From contig CAYVZU010000001.1 in assembly GCA_964455935.1 (NCBI GenBank), forward strand, positions 55,142-119,141: a stretch of DNA of 64,000 bases, given 5' to 3'. This document shows positions 38,910 through 48,887 of the stretch, piece by piece. Source of the stretch: an uncultured Fibrobacterota bacterium. Lineage in GTDB: Bacteria; Fibrobacterota; CAYVZU01. Both the position numbers and the translations under genes were made by a program. Below the pieces are notes generated by a model, which did not search any database, was not told where the DNA came from, and saw only the letters and a list, made by a program, of their open reading frames with translations. Positions within the stretch are counted from its first letter, which is position 1; every line of letters starts with the position of its first letter.

Positions 38910-39843
38910 AACAATAGCCGTTTTGGTGGCCGGCTCCGCCCTGGCGTTCGTTTTTCTGCTCGCGCGAATCCCATCGTTGACTTTGCCGGGGGCGCTTGTC
39001 CTCTTCTGCGGGTCGTTGTGCGTTTTTCTTTTTTGCTTCGCGGCGGCCGAATGGGGGCTTCATCTTCTGCGCATCGGCTCGCAACGCTACAGCCGCAAAT
39101 TCCTGGCCGATCACGCGCAGGCCGTGGAGCAGGTATTCGGTCAGATTACAGCCCTGCAGCTTCTTTACTTGCGCGTAATCGGCATGACCTTCATTCCACT
39201 TATGGTTTATCTTTTCTCGCACCGGTTCGTGTTGGGACTGCTTTGCGCGATTCCCTGCTATTTTCTCCCTGGCGCTGTGATGCGGCTTCTTTGGCGCCGC
39301 CGGCGTGCGCGGTTCGCTCGGCAATTCGTGGAGGCCCTGACCATGATGTCCTCCGCCCTTAAGGCTGGTATGGCGTTGCCGCGGGCCGTGGAGGAGGTGG
39401 TGGACGAGATGCCTCCCCCGATCTCGCAGGAGTTCGGCTTTGTGCTAAGCGAGATGCACGTGGGCCGCAGGCTGGACGAGGCGCTTTCGGCCATGGCCCG
39501 GCGCCTTCAGCTGAAGGAACTGGATTTGACGGTGACCGCGATCAATGTCGCCTTACGCATGGGAGGCAATCTCAACCAGATCTTTGAAAGCATAACGCAC
39601 ACCATCCGAAACCGGGACGCCGTGCTGGAAAAAGTGAAGACCTACACATCCTCCAGCAAACTTTCCGGATATTTTATCGGCTGCATCCCGGTGTTCTTTC
39701 TTCTGGTACTTAATCTTCTGCGTCCGGATTTCGTCTCGATCCTGTTTCATTCCCCCCAGGGGAATTTCGTGCTTGGCGTGGCGCTGATACTTGAGGCGAT
39801 GGGATTTGTAATGCTCATTAAACTGGCGAAGGTGAGGATTTAG
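38899..39843 (+). CDS. tadB: Flp pilus assembly inner-membrane protein TadB (T2SS-F family)
   Basis: GspF-like domain with 3-4 TM helices. Overlaps the cpaF stop. Confidence 0.7.
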   Translation: MRNKTIAVLVAGSALAFVFLLARIPSLTLPGALVLFCGSLCVFLFCFAAAEWGLHLLRIGSQRYSRKFLADHAQAVEQVFGQITALQLLYLRVIGMTFIPLMVYLFSHRFVLGLLCAIPCYFLPGAVMRLLWRRRRARFARQFVEALTMMSSALKAGMALPRAVEEVVDEMPPPISQEFGFVLSEMHVGRRLDEALSAMARRLQLKELDLTVTAINVALRMGGNLNQIFESITHTIRNRDAVLEKVKTYTSSSKLSGYFIGCIPVFFLLVLNLLRPDFVSILFHSPQGNFVLGVALILEAMGFVMLIKLAKVRI

Positions 39844-40698
39844 ATGGGAATGGCGATTCATTGCGTTTCCCTTCTTGCAGTGGGAATCTCATCTTTCCTC
39901 ATCGCGCGCAGCCTGCTTGCCTGGTGGAGTGGTGTCTCCAACAATCGCAATGCCAGCCGCGAGGCCTTGCTCTTTTTGGCCCGGCTTCTGGTTTGGTGGA
40001 AAGAAGAGGACTACCTCGACATGCAAAGCAAAATGGAAATGGCCGGGGACGCGGAGCAGATCAGCGCCAGGGAGTTCGCGGGCCTCAAGGTCGCCTTTGG
40101 CGCCGGCGCAGCGCTGCTTTTCGTGCTGCTGGTCTCGCTGGCGCAGGTTCCATCCAGTGGGGCGCATCGCCTGCTGTTGACATGCGGCATTGCCTGCCTG
40201 GGATATTGGGCCCCCGATTTATGGATTGCTCGGAAGGTCAAGGAACGCCGCCAGCTGATTCTTCTGGAGCTTCCCGATTTCATAGACCTTCTCACCCTTC
40301 TGGCCGAAGCCGGATTGGATTTCGGCACAAGCATCATGACCATTCTGGAAAACAGCAAGAAGACACCCCTGATCGAAGAATTATCGCTGTTCTATGCCGA
40401 AACGAATGTCGGGAAAAGCCGGATTCAGGCTTTGCGCGATTTTGGCGCCCGGGTGGGTCTTGGCGAACTCAACCTTTTTCTGGGTTCGTTGCTGCAATCG
40501 GAAAAACTGGGTGTAGACATGGCGGCCTATCTGCGGAGTCAGTCCAACGATTTCCGCGAGAAACGAATCCGGCGGGCGGAGCGGGCCGCCCTGCAGGCGC
40601 CCATTAAAATGACGGTTCCGCTTGTATTTTTCATTTTTCCGGCCCTGATTCTGATCATGCTGGGCCCGGTGGTCATCAGCGCGATTCAATCGTTTTAG
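39844..40698 (+). CDS. tadC: Flp pilus assembly inner-membrane protein TadC (T2SS-F family)
   Basis: GspF-like domain with TM helices. Starts immediately after the tadB stop. Confidence 0.7.
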   Translation: MGMAIHCVSLLAVGISSFLIARSLLAWWSGVSNNRNASREALLFLARLLVWWKEEDYLDMQSKMEMAGDAEQISAREFAGLKVAFGAGAALLFVLLVSLAQVPSSGAHRLLLTCGIACLGYWAPDLWIARKVKERRQLILLELPDFIDLLTLLAEAGLDFGTSIMTILENSKKTPLIEELSLFYAETNVGKSRIQALRDFGARVGLGELNLFLGSLLQSEKLGVDMAAYLRSQSNDFREKRIRRAERAALQAPIKMTVPLVFFIFPALILIMLGPVVISAIQSF

Positions 40699-40710
40699 GA
40701 TGGAATTCGA

Positions 40711-41358
40711 ATGAACACGGGCACGCGCATCGTCATCAAGGCCGGCAAGACACCGGAGTGGATTCCGCATCCACGGGATCCGCAGCGCAAGGTGTTCCGG
40801 GCCCGCGAAGTGCGGCGCTCTTCCCGAAAGCGGCGGCTTTTTCTTGCCGCAATTCCTGCTGCCTTCGTTTTCAGTATCGCCTTCATGGGGTTACTCCGGC
40901 CTGAGCCGGAAGAAGGAGCGTCCTTTCACGCCGTCACCGGGCCCAAGCTGCCGCGGGCCAGCCGCCGCGGACCGCCTCCGGACTCCGTTCTTGTGGAAGC
41001 GGGCAAGCGCGCCAAGGCCGGGGACAAGTATTACGCGGAACGGCATATCGACCCAACGCGTCGGCTGAACGCAATGTCCTCCTACGAGCAGGTCCTGCAG
41101 ATGCTTGCCATCTACGGCATGCGGCCGCCGCTCTACGGCAAAACGCTTCGACAATACCATCAAGTGGATTCGGAAAATGATTCCATCGTTAAAGCCCTGT
41201 ATGCGAAGTCGCGAGTGGAGATGGAAAAGGAAAACTATGCCCTGGCGTTCCATTATCTTTCGAGGATTCTGAGGATTTGGCCTGCCCACAAGCCACAATA
41301 CGTGGCCATTAAAAACCAGCGCGAAACCGTAGGTGCCTTGATTCGTGAAGAGGACTAG
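40711..41358 (+). CDS. membrane-anchored hypothetical protein with helical-repeat C-terminus (possibly TadD-like)
   Basis: N-terminal TM helix. C-terminal YAKSRVEMEKENYALAFHYLSRILRIWP is TPR-like. Last gene of the tad operon. Confidence 0.4.
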   Translation: MNTGTRIVIKAGKTPEWIPHPRDPQRKVFRAREVRRSSRKRRLFLAAIPAAFVFSIAFMGLLRPEPEEGASFHAVTGPKLPRASRRGPPPDSVLVEAGKRAKAGDKYYAERHIDPTRRLNAMSSYEQVLQMLAIYGMRPPLYGKTLRQYHQVDSENDSIVKALYAKSRVEMEKENYALAFHYLSRILRIWPAHKPQYVAIKNQRETVGALIREED

Positions 41359-41849
41359 CCCTCCCGTTGCACGTGGAGTACAACTTGGCTACAAGCAGTT
41401 ACGGAGCAAACGGGGAGACAGCGTTCACGACGCACAGGGAAGTCGCTGCAGAATCTACATTTGAAGAAAGGCCGTGGCCGGGGCGGTTTCGGTGATGCAC
41501 ATCCCGTCCTTGTGAGAATGGATCATCGGATCCTCTACCTGCCTGCACGCAGGAAACAATATGCGCCAGAGAATGGCCTTCCCAGGCTTCCCAAAAGCCC
41601 GCGCGCGGGTGTGGCATTATCTTGTCGCAGATAAGGCAATTTGGGGCTTTGGTTTGAGTTGACTCCATACCCTCTGCAGCCCCTGGGGTGGCTGCTAAAT
41701 CCATTCACAAAATATGCTTTGCTCTGTTTTTATCCACCAGCGAGGCACACACGAAAGCTGGATTGTGCCGGTGGGCCGTTTATATTGGACGGGAAAAGGT
41801 GAAGAATTCGTTCCAACTTCCCGGTCATGCTTTTGAGCAGCGGTGAATT

Positions 41850-44800
41850 TTACGCGGGATTGGCAGTCTTCCGGCCTTTCCGTCCCAGGTAGGCCGTTAC
41901 CATCGCGGGAATCACAAACAGGGTCATCAACGTCGAGACCGCGACACCACCGATGGCCGTGATCGCAAACGGCGCCTGGATGCTCGCGGACTGAAGGGCC
42001 GCGGGGATCGACGAAGTTACAATCGCCAGGTTCATCATCAGGATCGCGTGGAACTTCGTTTTGCATGCATCCATCATGGCGTCATGAGAGCTAAGGCCGT
42101 CCTTCATCCGCATCATTGAATAATCAATCACCAGAATAGCGTTGTTGACCACCACGCCAATGAGCATGATCATTGACATGAGTGAAATCATGGAAATCGA
42201 CTTGCCTGTGATAAGCAAAGCCGAAATAACGCCGATGAATCCCAGGGGAATGGTAATCATAATGAACAGGGGGAGAACTAGTGATTCGAGCGTGCCCGCC
42301 AGAACCATGAAGGTGAGCAGAATCGCCAGCAGCGTCGCCTTGCCCAACGCGCCGAAGGACTCGGCCATCATCTCCTGCTGGCCTCCAAAATAGATCCGGT
42401 AGCCCGATGGCACCTGGATCCGCTTCGTCAGTTTCTGCAGCTCGGCCGCCTTGGTTCCCGAAGCGCCCTTGGTTACGTTGGCGGTCACCGTGACCAGGCG
42501 CTGCCGGTTCTTGCGGTCGATGTTGGCCGCGCCGCCGCGATAAACCACCTTGGCCAGGGCTTTGACCGGAACAATCCCCCGCATGGTCGGGATGGAAATA
42601 TTTTCGATCGCGTCCAAAGAATTCCGGTCGCTTTCGCCGTATTGGACGCGCATCGTAATCTCGTCGTTGGTTTCGCGGTAGACCGCGGCTTCACTTCCTG
42701 TGAGCGCGTTGCGCACAAAGAAGCCGAGCATGGCCACGTTCATTCCGTATTCGTCCATGCGCATGCGGTCGGGCACGAACTGAATTTCCGGTTTGGCCTC
42801 TTTCCATGAGCGCTGGATGTCGGCCACGCCGGGAATTGTGCGGGCCAGCGCCATGACCGAATCCGTGAGCCGCAGGATTTTATCCATATCGTCACCGGTC
42901 ACCTCAACCTGAATATCGGCCTGGTTTCCCCCGCCGCCCATGGTGGACATCTCCTTTGCCGTAAATCGCGCGTCGGGAATATCGGCCAGCATGGGACGAA
43001 TGTCCCCAATCACTTCCTTCGTCGATCGCTTGCGCTGCTTGGCATCCTTCAGGCGCAATGTCACGGCGCCGAAATTGACGCCGCTCGAGGTTCCGCTGCC
43101 GCCCAGGCTTGAATAAACATCCACCAGTTCGGGGATTTTTGAAACCCGCGTCTCAACGGTCTGAAGCACACGATCGGTCGCCGACAGGGATGTGCCGGAG
43201 GGCATTTCCACTGAGATATCAACAAGGCCGGCATCGGTGGACGGGAAGAATTCGGATCCCACAAACCGGGCCGCGAAGAAACTGGTAAACAGAAGCAGGA
43301 CCGTCGAAACGATAACCCGCACTTTGTGAGCGAGCGCCGTTTGAAGCAAGTAAACATAGCGGCGTTCGAGCCAGGACAGAAACACTTCGAACCAGGCGAA
43401 CTTGAATTGCAGGCCCGTTCGGCCCAGCAACTTGGAGGCCATCAGAGGAGCCAGCGTGAAGGAAAGGGCCAGCGAAATAATTGTTGCGGCGGTTATTGTG
43501 AGTCCCAATGCTTTGAAGATCTGGCCGGTGATTCCCTGCATGGTGGCGATGGGCACGAACACAGCCACATTGGTGAGGGCCGAAGCGATCACCGCCACGG
43601 CGATCTCCGTTGTCCCTTTAAGCGATGCCTCGTTGATCGCATTCCCCATCCGCCTGTGGCGGACGATGTTCTCAAGGACAAGGATCGCATTGGTAACCAG
43701 TGTCCCCACGGAGATGGCCAGCGACATGAGCGTGATCACGTTGATCGTGAAACCGAGCATCTGCATGAACATGAAGGTTACGATCAGCGAGGCCGGAATC
43801 GTGATGGCGGCAATCAGCGTGAGTCGAACGTCGTGCAGAAAAAGAAGTAGCAAAATGGAGGTGAGCAGAATTCCAATCGCGACATTCGAATACATGTCAT
43901 TGACCGAGGTTCGAATGAAATCCGATCGGTCGCGCACAATGCTTAGCTTTGACCCGACCGGAAGCTTGGCCTCAATCTCCCGCAGGGCTTTGGCGCAACG
44001 GTCCGCCACTTCGACCGTGTTGGCATCGGGCCGCTTCTGGATCGAGATTCCCACTGAGTTGCGGCCGTTGAAGCGGGCGCCCTGTCGAACCTCTTTGTAA
44101 GCATCCTCCACCGCACCCAGAGCCGAAAGCGGAACGCTCATGGACGGCCCTCCGGGCCGGGAGACCGGGATGCGGAGATCGGAAATCTGGTGGAGCGATT
44201 CGAACTGGCCCTTGATTCGCACTGTGTATTCTTTCCGGTCGCCGGTCACCTGGCCCCCGGGAATGTCAACGGTCTGCGCGCCGATCATGGAGGCGACCGC
44301 GGTCACCGAGAGTCCAAGCGCATCCAGCTTCTCTTTGCGCAGGTTAATTCGAATCTCTCGCTCGCGACCGCCCGTAATGGCAACGGCCGCGACGCCGGGA
44401 ATGCGCACCAGATCCTCTTTGATCTGCTTGTCCGCAATATGGCGAAGCTCCAGCGGAGGCATGCTGGCGGTCATGGCCACATCCAGAATCGGCTGGGAAT
44501 TCATGTCGAACTTGGATACCACCGGCTTTTGAAGGTCGCGGGGCAGCTTAAAGAGAATGGCGTCGATTTTATCCTTCACATCGATGGAGGCAATGTCGGG
44601 ATTGACGCCCAGGTTGAATTCGACGAAAAGAAAGCCAAGCCCTTCGGCGCAAAAGGCGGTGATGTTTTTGATTCCACTGACCGTGGTTAATTGCTCCTCG
44701 ATGGGCTTGACCACGGCGGTCTCAATTTCCTCGGGACCGGCACCAGGGTAGATGGCCTGCACCGAAACAAAGGGAAGCTCGATATTGGGCATCAGGTCGA

Positions 44801-44900
44801 TGGGCAGACCAAGAAACGCGACAAGGCCAAAGGTGACAAAGGCCAGAATCACCATGATGGCCAGGACGGGCTGATGAATACTGATTTGCGTAATTTTCAT
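41850..44900 (-). CDS. RND multidrug efflux permease (AcrB/HAE1 family)
   Basis: 1016 aa and 12 TM helices. AcrB N-terminus MKITQISIHQPVLAIMVILAFVTFGLVAF...NIELPFVSVQAIYPGAGPEEIE. Confidence 0.9.
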   Translation of the reverse strand: MKITQISIHQPVLAIMVILAFVTFGLVAFLGLPIDLMPNIELPFVSVQAIYPGAGPEEIETAVVKPIEEQLTTVSGIKNITAFCAEGLGFLFVEFNLGVNPDIASIDVKDKIDAILFKLPRDLQKPVVSKFDMNSQPILDVAMTASMPPLELRHIADKQIKEDLVRIPGVAAVAITGGREREIRINLRKEKLDALGLSVTAVASMIGAQTVDIPGGQVTGDRKEYTVRIKGQFESLHQISDLRIPVSRPGGPSMSVPLSALGAVEDAYKEVRQGARFNGRNSVGISIQKRPDANTVEVADRCAKALREIEAKLPVGSKLSIVRDRSDFIRTSVNDMYSNVAIGILLTSILLLLFLHDVRLTLIAAITIPASLIVTFMFMQMLGFTINVITLMSLAISVGTLVTNAILVLENIVRHRRMGNAINEASLKGTTEIAVAVIASALTNVAVFVPIATMQGITGQIFKALGLTITAATIISLALSFTLAPLMASKLLGRTGLQFKFAWFEVFLSWLERRYVYLLQTALAHKVRVIVSTVLLLFTSFFAARFVGSEFFPSTDAGLVDISVEMPSGTSLSATDRVLQTVETRVSKIPELVDVYSSLGGSGTSSGVNFGAVTLRLKDAKQRKRSTKEVIGDIRPMLADIPDARFTAKEMSTMGGGGNQADIQVEVTGDDMDKILRLTDSVMALARTIPGVADIQRSWKEAKPEIQFVPDRMRMDEYGMNVAMLGFFVRNALTGSEAAVYRETNDEITMRVQYGESDRNSLDAIENISIPTMRGIVPVKALAKVVYRGGAANIDRKNRQRLVTVTANVTKGASGTKAAELQKLTKRIQVPSGYRIYFGGQQEMMAESFGALGKATLLAILLTFMVLAGTLESLVLPLFIMITIPLGFIGVISALLITGKSISMISLMSMIMLIGVVVNNAILVIDYSMMRMKDGLSSHDAMMDACKTKFHAILMMNLAIVTSSIPAALQSASIQAPFAITAIGGVAVSTLMTLFVIPAMVTAYLGRKGRKTANPA

Positions 44901-44922
44901 GATGTGCTCGAAGCGCCCCGGC

Positions 44923-45981
44923 TTATTGGGCCGTCACGGTTTCGGTGACCAGCTTCACTTTGACGCCGTCGACCAGGTTGCCCATTCCGGCCTTCACAAA
45001 GAGCTGTCCTTCGTCGATTCCCTGCAGGATCTCATACATGCTTCCGCCGCGAATCCCGGTCTGCACCGCGATTTTGCGCGCCTGATCATTTTCGACCAGA
45101 AAGAGGAAATTCCGATCGCCTTCCTGCACCAGCGATTCCATGGGAACGGTGATTGCGTTTTTCCTCTCCTCCACCACAATCGAGGCGGTCACAAACATGC
45201 CTGGCCGCAAACGGCGTCCCGGATTGGCAAACAGCGCCTCGATGGAGAACGAATGGCTCGCGGCCCCGCCCGAAAGTGAAACCAACGTGACGCGGCCCTC
45301 GATTGTGTCGGACCCAAGCGCAATGCGGGCGGGCTGGCCCACGGCGAAGCGGTGAATCACGGCTTCGCTCACCTGCGCTTTGAGGCGTACGCGGTCGAGC
45401 GTTGCCAGATCCACCAGCGGCCGCCCGCGGTCAACCGTGCTGCCCAGGGATTGATAGATCTGGGTCACGGTACCGCTATAGGGCGCTGTAAGAATTTCCG
45501 TTTTGGCCGCATATTTGTAGCTGGCGCGGGCGGCCACCAGCCCGCTCTCGACCTGGTCTACGATCTCCTGGGACACCCCGCCTTCCTGGGCCAGAGCGTC
45601 AAGACGTTCCTTGGATTTTTCGGCGTTCTTGTATTGAGCCTCGGACATTTCCAACGGCGAAGGCATATCGGGATCCATCCGCAGCAGGCGTCCGCCTTTT
45701 GCGACGCCCTCCCCAACCCGGGCATATATCTCCTGCACCTGGCCCGGCACATTGCAGACCAGTGTCGTCTGGCGCTCGCCCTCCAACGTTCCGCCCACCA
45801 GTTCAATATCACGAAGAGTCCCGCGCTGCACATTGAGTGTGGTCACGGGAATGCCCTCGCGCTTCTGAATCTCCTCGATCGTCTCCGCTTTCATCTTGGC
45901 CTTCTTCTGACACGAGGCTGAGGCCACGGCCAGTGCCGCCATTGCGATCAAAATCAGAAGCGCCCGAACGTTGGATTTCAT
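44923..45981 (-). CDS. RND efflux periplasmic adaptor (membrane fusion protein, lipoprotein)
   Basis: Lipobox LAVASASC, then biotinyl/lipoyl, beta-barrel and MP domains typical of AcrA/HlyD. Confidence 0.85.
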   Translation of the reverse strand: MKSNVRALLILIAMAALAVASASCQKKAKMKAETIEEIQKREGIPVTTLNVQRGTLRDIELVGGTLEGERQTTLVCNVPGQVQEIYARVGEGVAKGGRLLRMDPDMPSPLEMSEAQYKNAEKSKERLDALAQEGGVSQEIVDQVESGLVAARASYKYAAKTEILTAPYSGTVTQIYQSLGSTVDRGRPLVDLATLDRVRLKAQVSEAVIHRFAVGQPARIALGSDTIEGRVTLVSLSGGAASHSFSIEALFANPGRRLRPGMFVTASIVVEERKNAITVPMESLVQEGDRNFLFLVENDQARKIAVQTGIRGGSMYEILQGIDEGQLFVKAGMGNLVDGVKVKLVTETVTAQ

Positions 45982-46114
45982 AGTCTCTCCTTCAACTCAC
46001 AAGAGTAATTCGTTTTCTCTCCCCGGAGCCTGTCCGCCCTGGCGGAATGGGAGAGAACCCAGGTGAGGGTGTTGGTCACCCGGCTTTTCCACTTTTCCAT
46101 GCTTCGAATATTTT

Positions 46115-47644
46115 CTATTCCAATTCTCCCAGCAGCATTTTCAGATCAATCACGGCCGCATAGAATCCAAACTGGGCCGCGCTTTGGCCAAGCCGGGCCG
46201 ATTTCAATTCAATTTCGGCATTTTGCAGATCCAGCAGAGTCGAGGAGCCGACCTCGTAAGATTTCTTCCGGATGGAGTATCCCTTTTCCGCAAGGCGGAC
46301 CACCGCGTCCATTGAGCGGAGGCGATTTCGGCCGGCCTGGATCTGGTCGAAGCTCTTCTGGAGACCGATCTCCAGCCCTTTTTCCGCCTGCTTCTTACTC
46401 TGTTCAAATGAGCGCTGGTCCGAACGCGCCTGCTTTACTTTCTGCACGTTGCGAAACCCGCTGAACAGGTTGAGCGTCGCGCCGGCAAATACTCTTTTGT
46501 CATCAATCCATTCCGGGGTCTCACCATTATCAAACTGGGAGATTTTGCTGTACGAGGCGCCGCAGTAGATCATCGGGTAGAAGTCCGATTTGGCCAGATT
46601 GACCAGCTGCTCTTGCACGCGCCCGGCGCTTTCAAGCTGTTTGCGCGAGAGATTATTTGCCTCCAATTTGACCATCGCTTGTTCCCTGGAGATACTGTAG
46701 TCATCCTTCGGGAAGTCGCCTGCGATCTCAAGGCTTTCCGGCGCATCCGGCAACCCGGCTTGTTTGATCAGGACAAGATAGGCGAGTTTCTGTTCATCGG
46801 AGGATGTCTGCAGGCTGATGAGTGCCTTCTCGTGACTGAGTTGCGTGAGAAGGGTATCGAGCTCGCTTCCCTTGCCGACAACATACCGGGCTTTGGAAAG
46901 CCGGTGTGTCTCCGCGGATAGCCGTACGCTTTCTTTCTGAATTTCGAGATTCTTTTTGGCCAGAAGAGCGCCATAAAACATCTTGCGAAGATTTCCTTTG
47001 GTCGTTTGCTCGACTTCGCTCTTCTTTGTGCGAAGGCTCTGGTTATACGCTTTCGCGATTTTGAGGCCAATACCTACCTTGCCCTGCGCGAACAGAGGCT
47101 GCGACAGGGAAAGCGAAAGCGAGAGCGACTGCGGCTTGGGCATCATGGCGCCCAACACTCCATCAAGCACATTGCTGAGGGCGTATGCCCCGGGCTCATC
47201 GGTGGAAAATGGCTGCATGATGCTGCTGATCGTGGTGGAGGTGATGTCGTTGAAGGAATGCTGATAATTGGCCGAAGCATCAAGTTTCGGCGTGGCCGAG
47301 CCATAGGCTTCATAGATCTGATAGCGGGTTTTGTTGATCTCCTCTTCGACTTTCTTGAGTTCTTCGGAATTGCGCAGGCCCGATTCAACCACCTGTTCCA
47401 CCGTATAAACCGCGGCCGGAGCCATCGCAAAAAGCAGAAGGCATAGGAAAGCAGCAATTGAGATTGTTGTCCGAGCGCATCTCAAGGAGGATTGCGCGGG
47501 CCAAAGCCTGTGTGAAAATGGTTCCGGCAAGGCGCGCGAAAAAGACGCATCAAGAGAAGATGCGCCGATGGAGCGCAACGTGGCTGGGACCGTTTGGAGC
47601 TTGGCGACGCCGGAAAGCCTCCTTGAGATGCGCTGGCAGGTCAT
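46115..47644 (-). CDS. TolC-family outer-membrane efflux protein
   Basis: Two repeats of the OEP coiled-coil/barrel motif. ATG at 47644 overlaps the tetR stop as ATGA. The hydrophobic signal-like segment starts only ~65 aa in, so the true start may be an internal non-ATG codon. Confidence 0.7.
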   Translation of the reverse strand: MTCQRISRRLSGVAKLQTVPATLRSIGASSLDASFSRALPEPFSHRLWPAQSSLRCARTTISIAAFLCLLLFAMAPAAVYTVEQVVESGLRNSEELKKVEEEINKTRYQIYEAYGSATPKLDASANYQHSFNDITSTTISSIMQPFSTDEPGAYALSNVLDGVLGAMMPKPQSLSLSLSLSQPLFAQGKVGIGLKIAKAYNQSLRTKKSEVEQTTKGNLRKMFYGALLAKKNLEIQKESVRLSAETHRLSKARYVVGKGSELDTLLTQLSHEKALISLQTSSDEQKLAYLVLIKQAGLPDAPESLEIAGDFPKDDYSISREQAMVKLEANNLSRKQLESAGRVQEQLVNLAKSDFYPMIYCGASYSKISQFDNGETPEWIDDKRVFAGATLNLFSGFRNVQKVKQARSDQRSFEQSKKQAEKGLEIGLQKSFDQIQAGRNRLRSMDAVVRLAEKGYSIRKKSYEVGSSTLLDLQNAEIELKSARLGQSAAQFGFYAAVIDLKMLLGELE

Positions 47645-48285
47645 TTGGTCCCTTTCACGCCCAGGCCGGCGAAGAGGAATTTCATAATGCGCTGGAGGTC
47701 TTCTTCCCGGTTCCCCATTTTTCGATTGCGTTTCCACTCCATAACGGTGCCCCGAATGAGAGCGCCGATATAGCGCGCCACCCACGAATCTTCCACCGGA
47801 GACGCAAACTCATGGTTTTTGCGGCCTTCATCCAGCACGCGGCAGAACACACGGTTCACTTTCTCGGTCCATTTTTGCAAATCCGGGATGGACTGGCCAT
47901 CGGGTTTGCGCAGGTTTTGATGCAACAGACAGACCGTCTGAAAATCAGAAACGGCCAGAAGAAAGGCAAAATGCTCGCCCAGAACATCAAATATGGTTCG
48001 GATTATGCGCTCCAACCGGACCAGGGCGCTTCCGTCTGTGTTGGCGGATCGTTCCATTTGAACCAGGGTGCGCTCGTGTTCGCGAACGGCCAGGTTTACG
48101 AAGATGGTTTCTTTGTCTGGGTAGTAGTTGTAGAGCGAAGCTTTGGAAAACCCGGCGGCCTCGCCAATGTCCTCAAGCCGCGCCTGGTGAAAACCCTTAT
48201 CGGCAAACACTCTGCGCGCAGCATCCAAAATCAGCCCGCGCTTGGCATCCCTAACGGCCTGGTCTTTTGTTTCCCGTGGTTCCAT
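47641..48285 (-). CDS. TetR/AcrR-family repressor
   Basis: HTH ILDAARRVFADKGFHQARLEDIGEAAGFSKASLYNYY. First gene of the efflux operon. Confidence 0.8.
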   Translation of the reverse strand: MEPRETKDQAVRDAKRGLILDAARRVFADKGFHQARLEDIGEAAGFSKASLYNYYPDKETIFVNLAVREHERTLVQMERSANTDGSALVRLERIIRTIFDVLGEHFAFLLAVSDFQTVCLLHQNLRKPDGQSIPDLQKWTEKVNRVFCRVLDEGRKNHEFASPVEDSWVARYIGALIRGTVMEWKRNRKMGNREEDLQRIMKFLFAGLGVKGTK

Positions 48286-48304
48286 AACATTCGAGTTGGT
48301 TCTC

Positions 48305-48318
48305 TGACTCGTAAGTCA
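48305..48318. promoter_or_regulatory. inverted repeat TGACTcgtaAGTCA, putative TetR operator
   Basis: Read directly from the sequence, 20 nt upstream of the tetR start. Confidence 0.4.
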
Positions 48319-48458
48319 AAATAATGTACTTGCGATCCAAACGTCAAGAAACCAGTGACAAGCAAAAAAATGGCTCTCAACTTTATTCAGCGATTTCGCA
48401 AGCGCCCTCGCCTCTCGGTGGGCGAGAGTGGGGTGAGGGGGCGCGCCGCAGGGGTCGT

Positions 48459-48887
48459 TTACGGCGTCACAAGAAACTGGTATGCGACCGTATCGCCAAG
48501 AAAGTGGTTGGCAATTACGGTGTATGTAGCGGGCAAAAAAGTTCCGGGAAGCTCAAGCACACGAGTTTCACGGACCTTTGTATCAAGGCAGACCCGACCA
48601 ATGCGCGCGTTTTCCCAGATCCGGACAAAGAACGTGTCGGCGGATCGAACAACAGCCGATGTGTCGTATTCGAAACAGTCGGAAGCACCCGTATGATAGA
48701 TCGCAACCAAGCGATTACCCCAAGCGCTGTCCGTGACCGAAACCGTGTCTTTGGACCAGGAGATCCGCACCGTATCAATGCGAACCTCGCGGCGCTCGAC
48801 AGTTACATTATTGGTGGAATCCGGGATGCACGAGAAGATCCCCAGCAAGAAAGCCGGAATAAGAAGAAGAAAAGGTCTATTGCACAT
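48459..48887 (-). CDS. hypothetical lipoprotein
   Basis: Signal peptide with lipobox-like FSC. No recognised family. Confidence 0.4.
   Translation of the reverse strand: MCNRPFLLLIPAFLLGIFSCIPDSTNNVTVERREVRIDTVRISWSKDTVSVTDSAWGNRLVAIYHTGASDCFEYDTSAVVRSADTFFVRIWENARIGRVCLDTKVRETRVLELPGTFLPATYTVIANHFLGDTVAYQFLVTP

Noticed and set aside
41359-41849. tmRNA, RNase P RNA, SRP RNA or 6S RNA in the long convergent intergenic region
   Set aside because: I looked for hallmark strings (GGTTCGA[AT]TCC T-loop, CCACCA tail, GGAAAGTCCGG P4) on both strands and found none. It is reported only as unexplained sequence.
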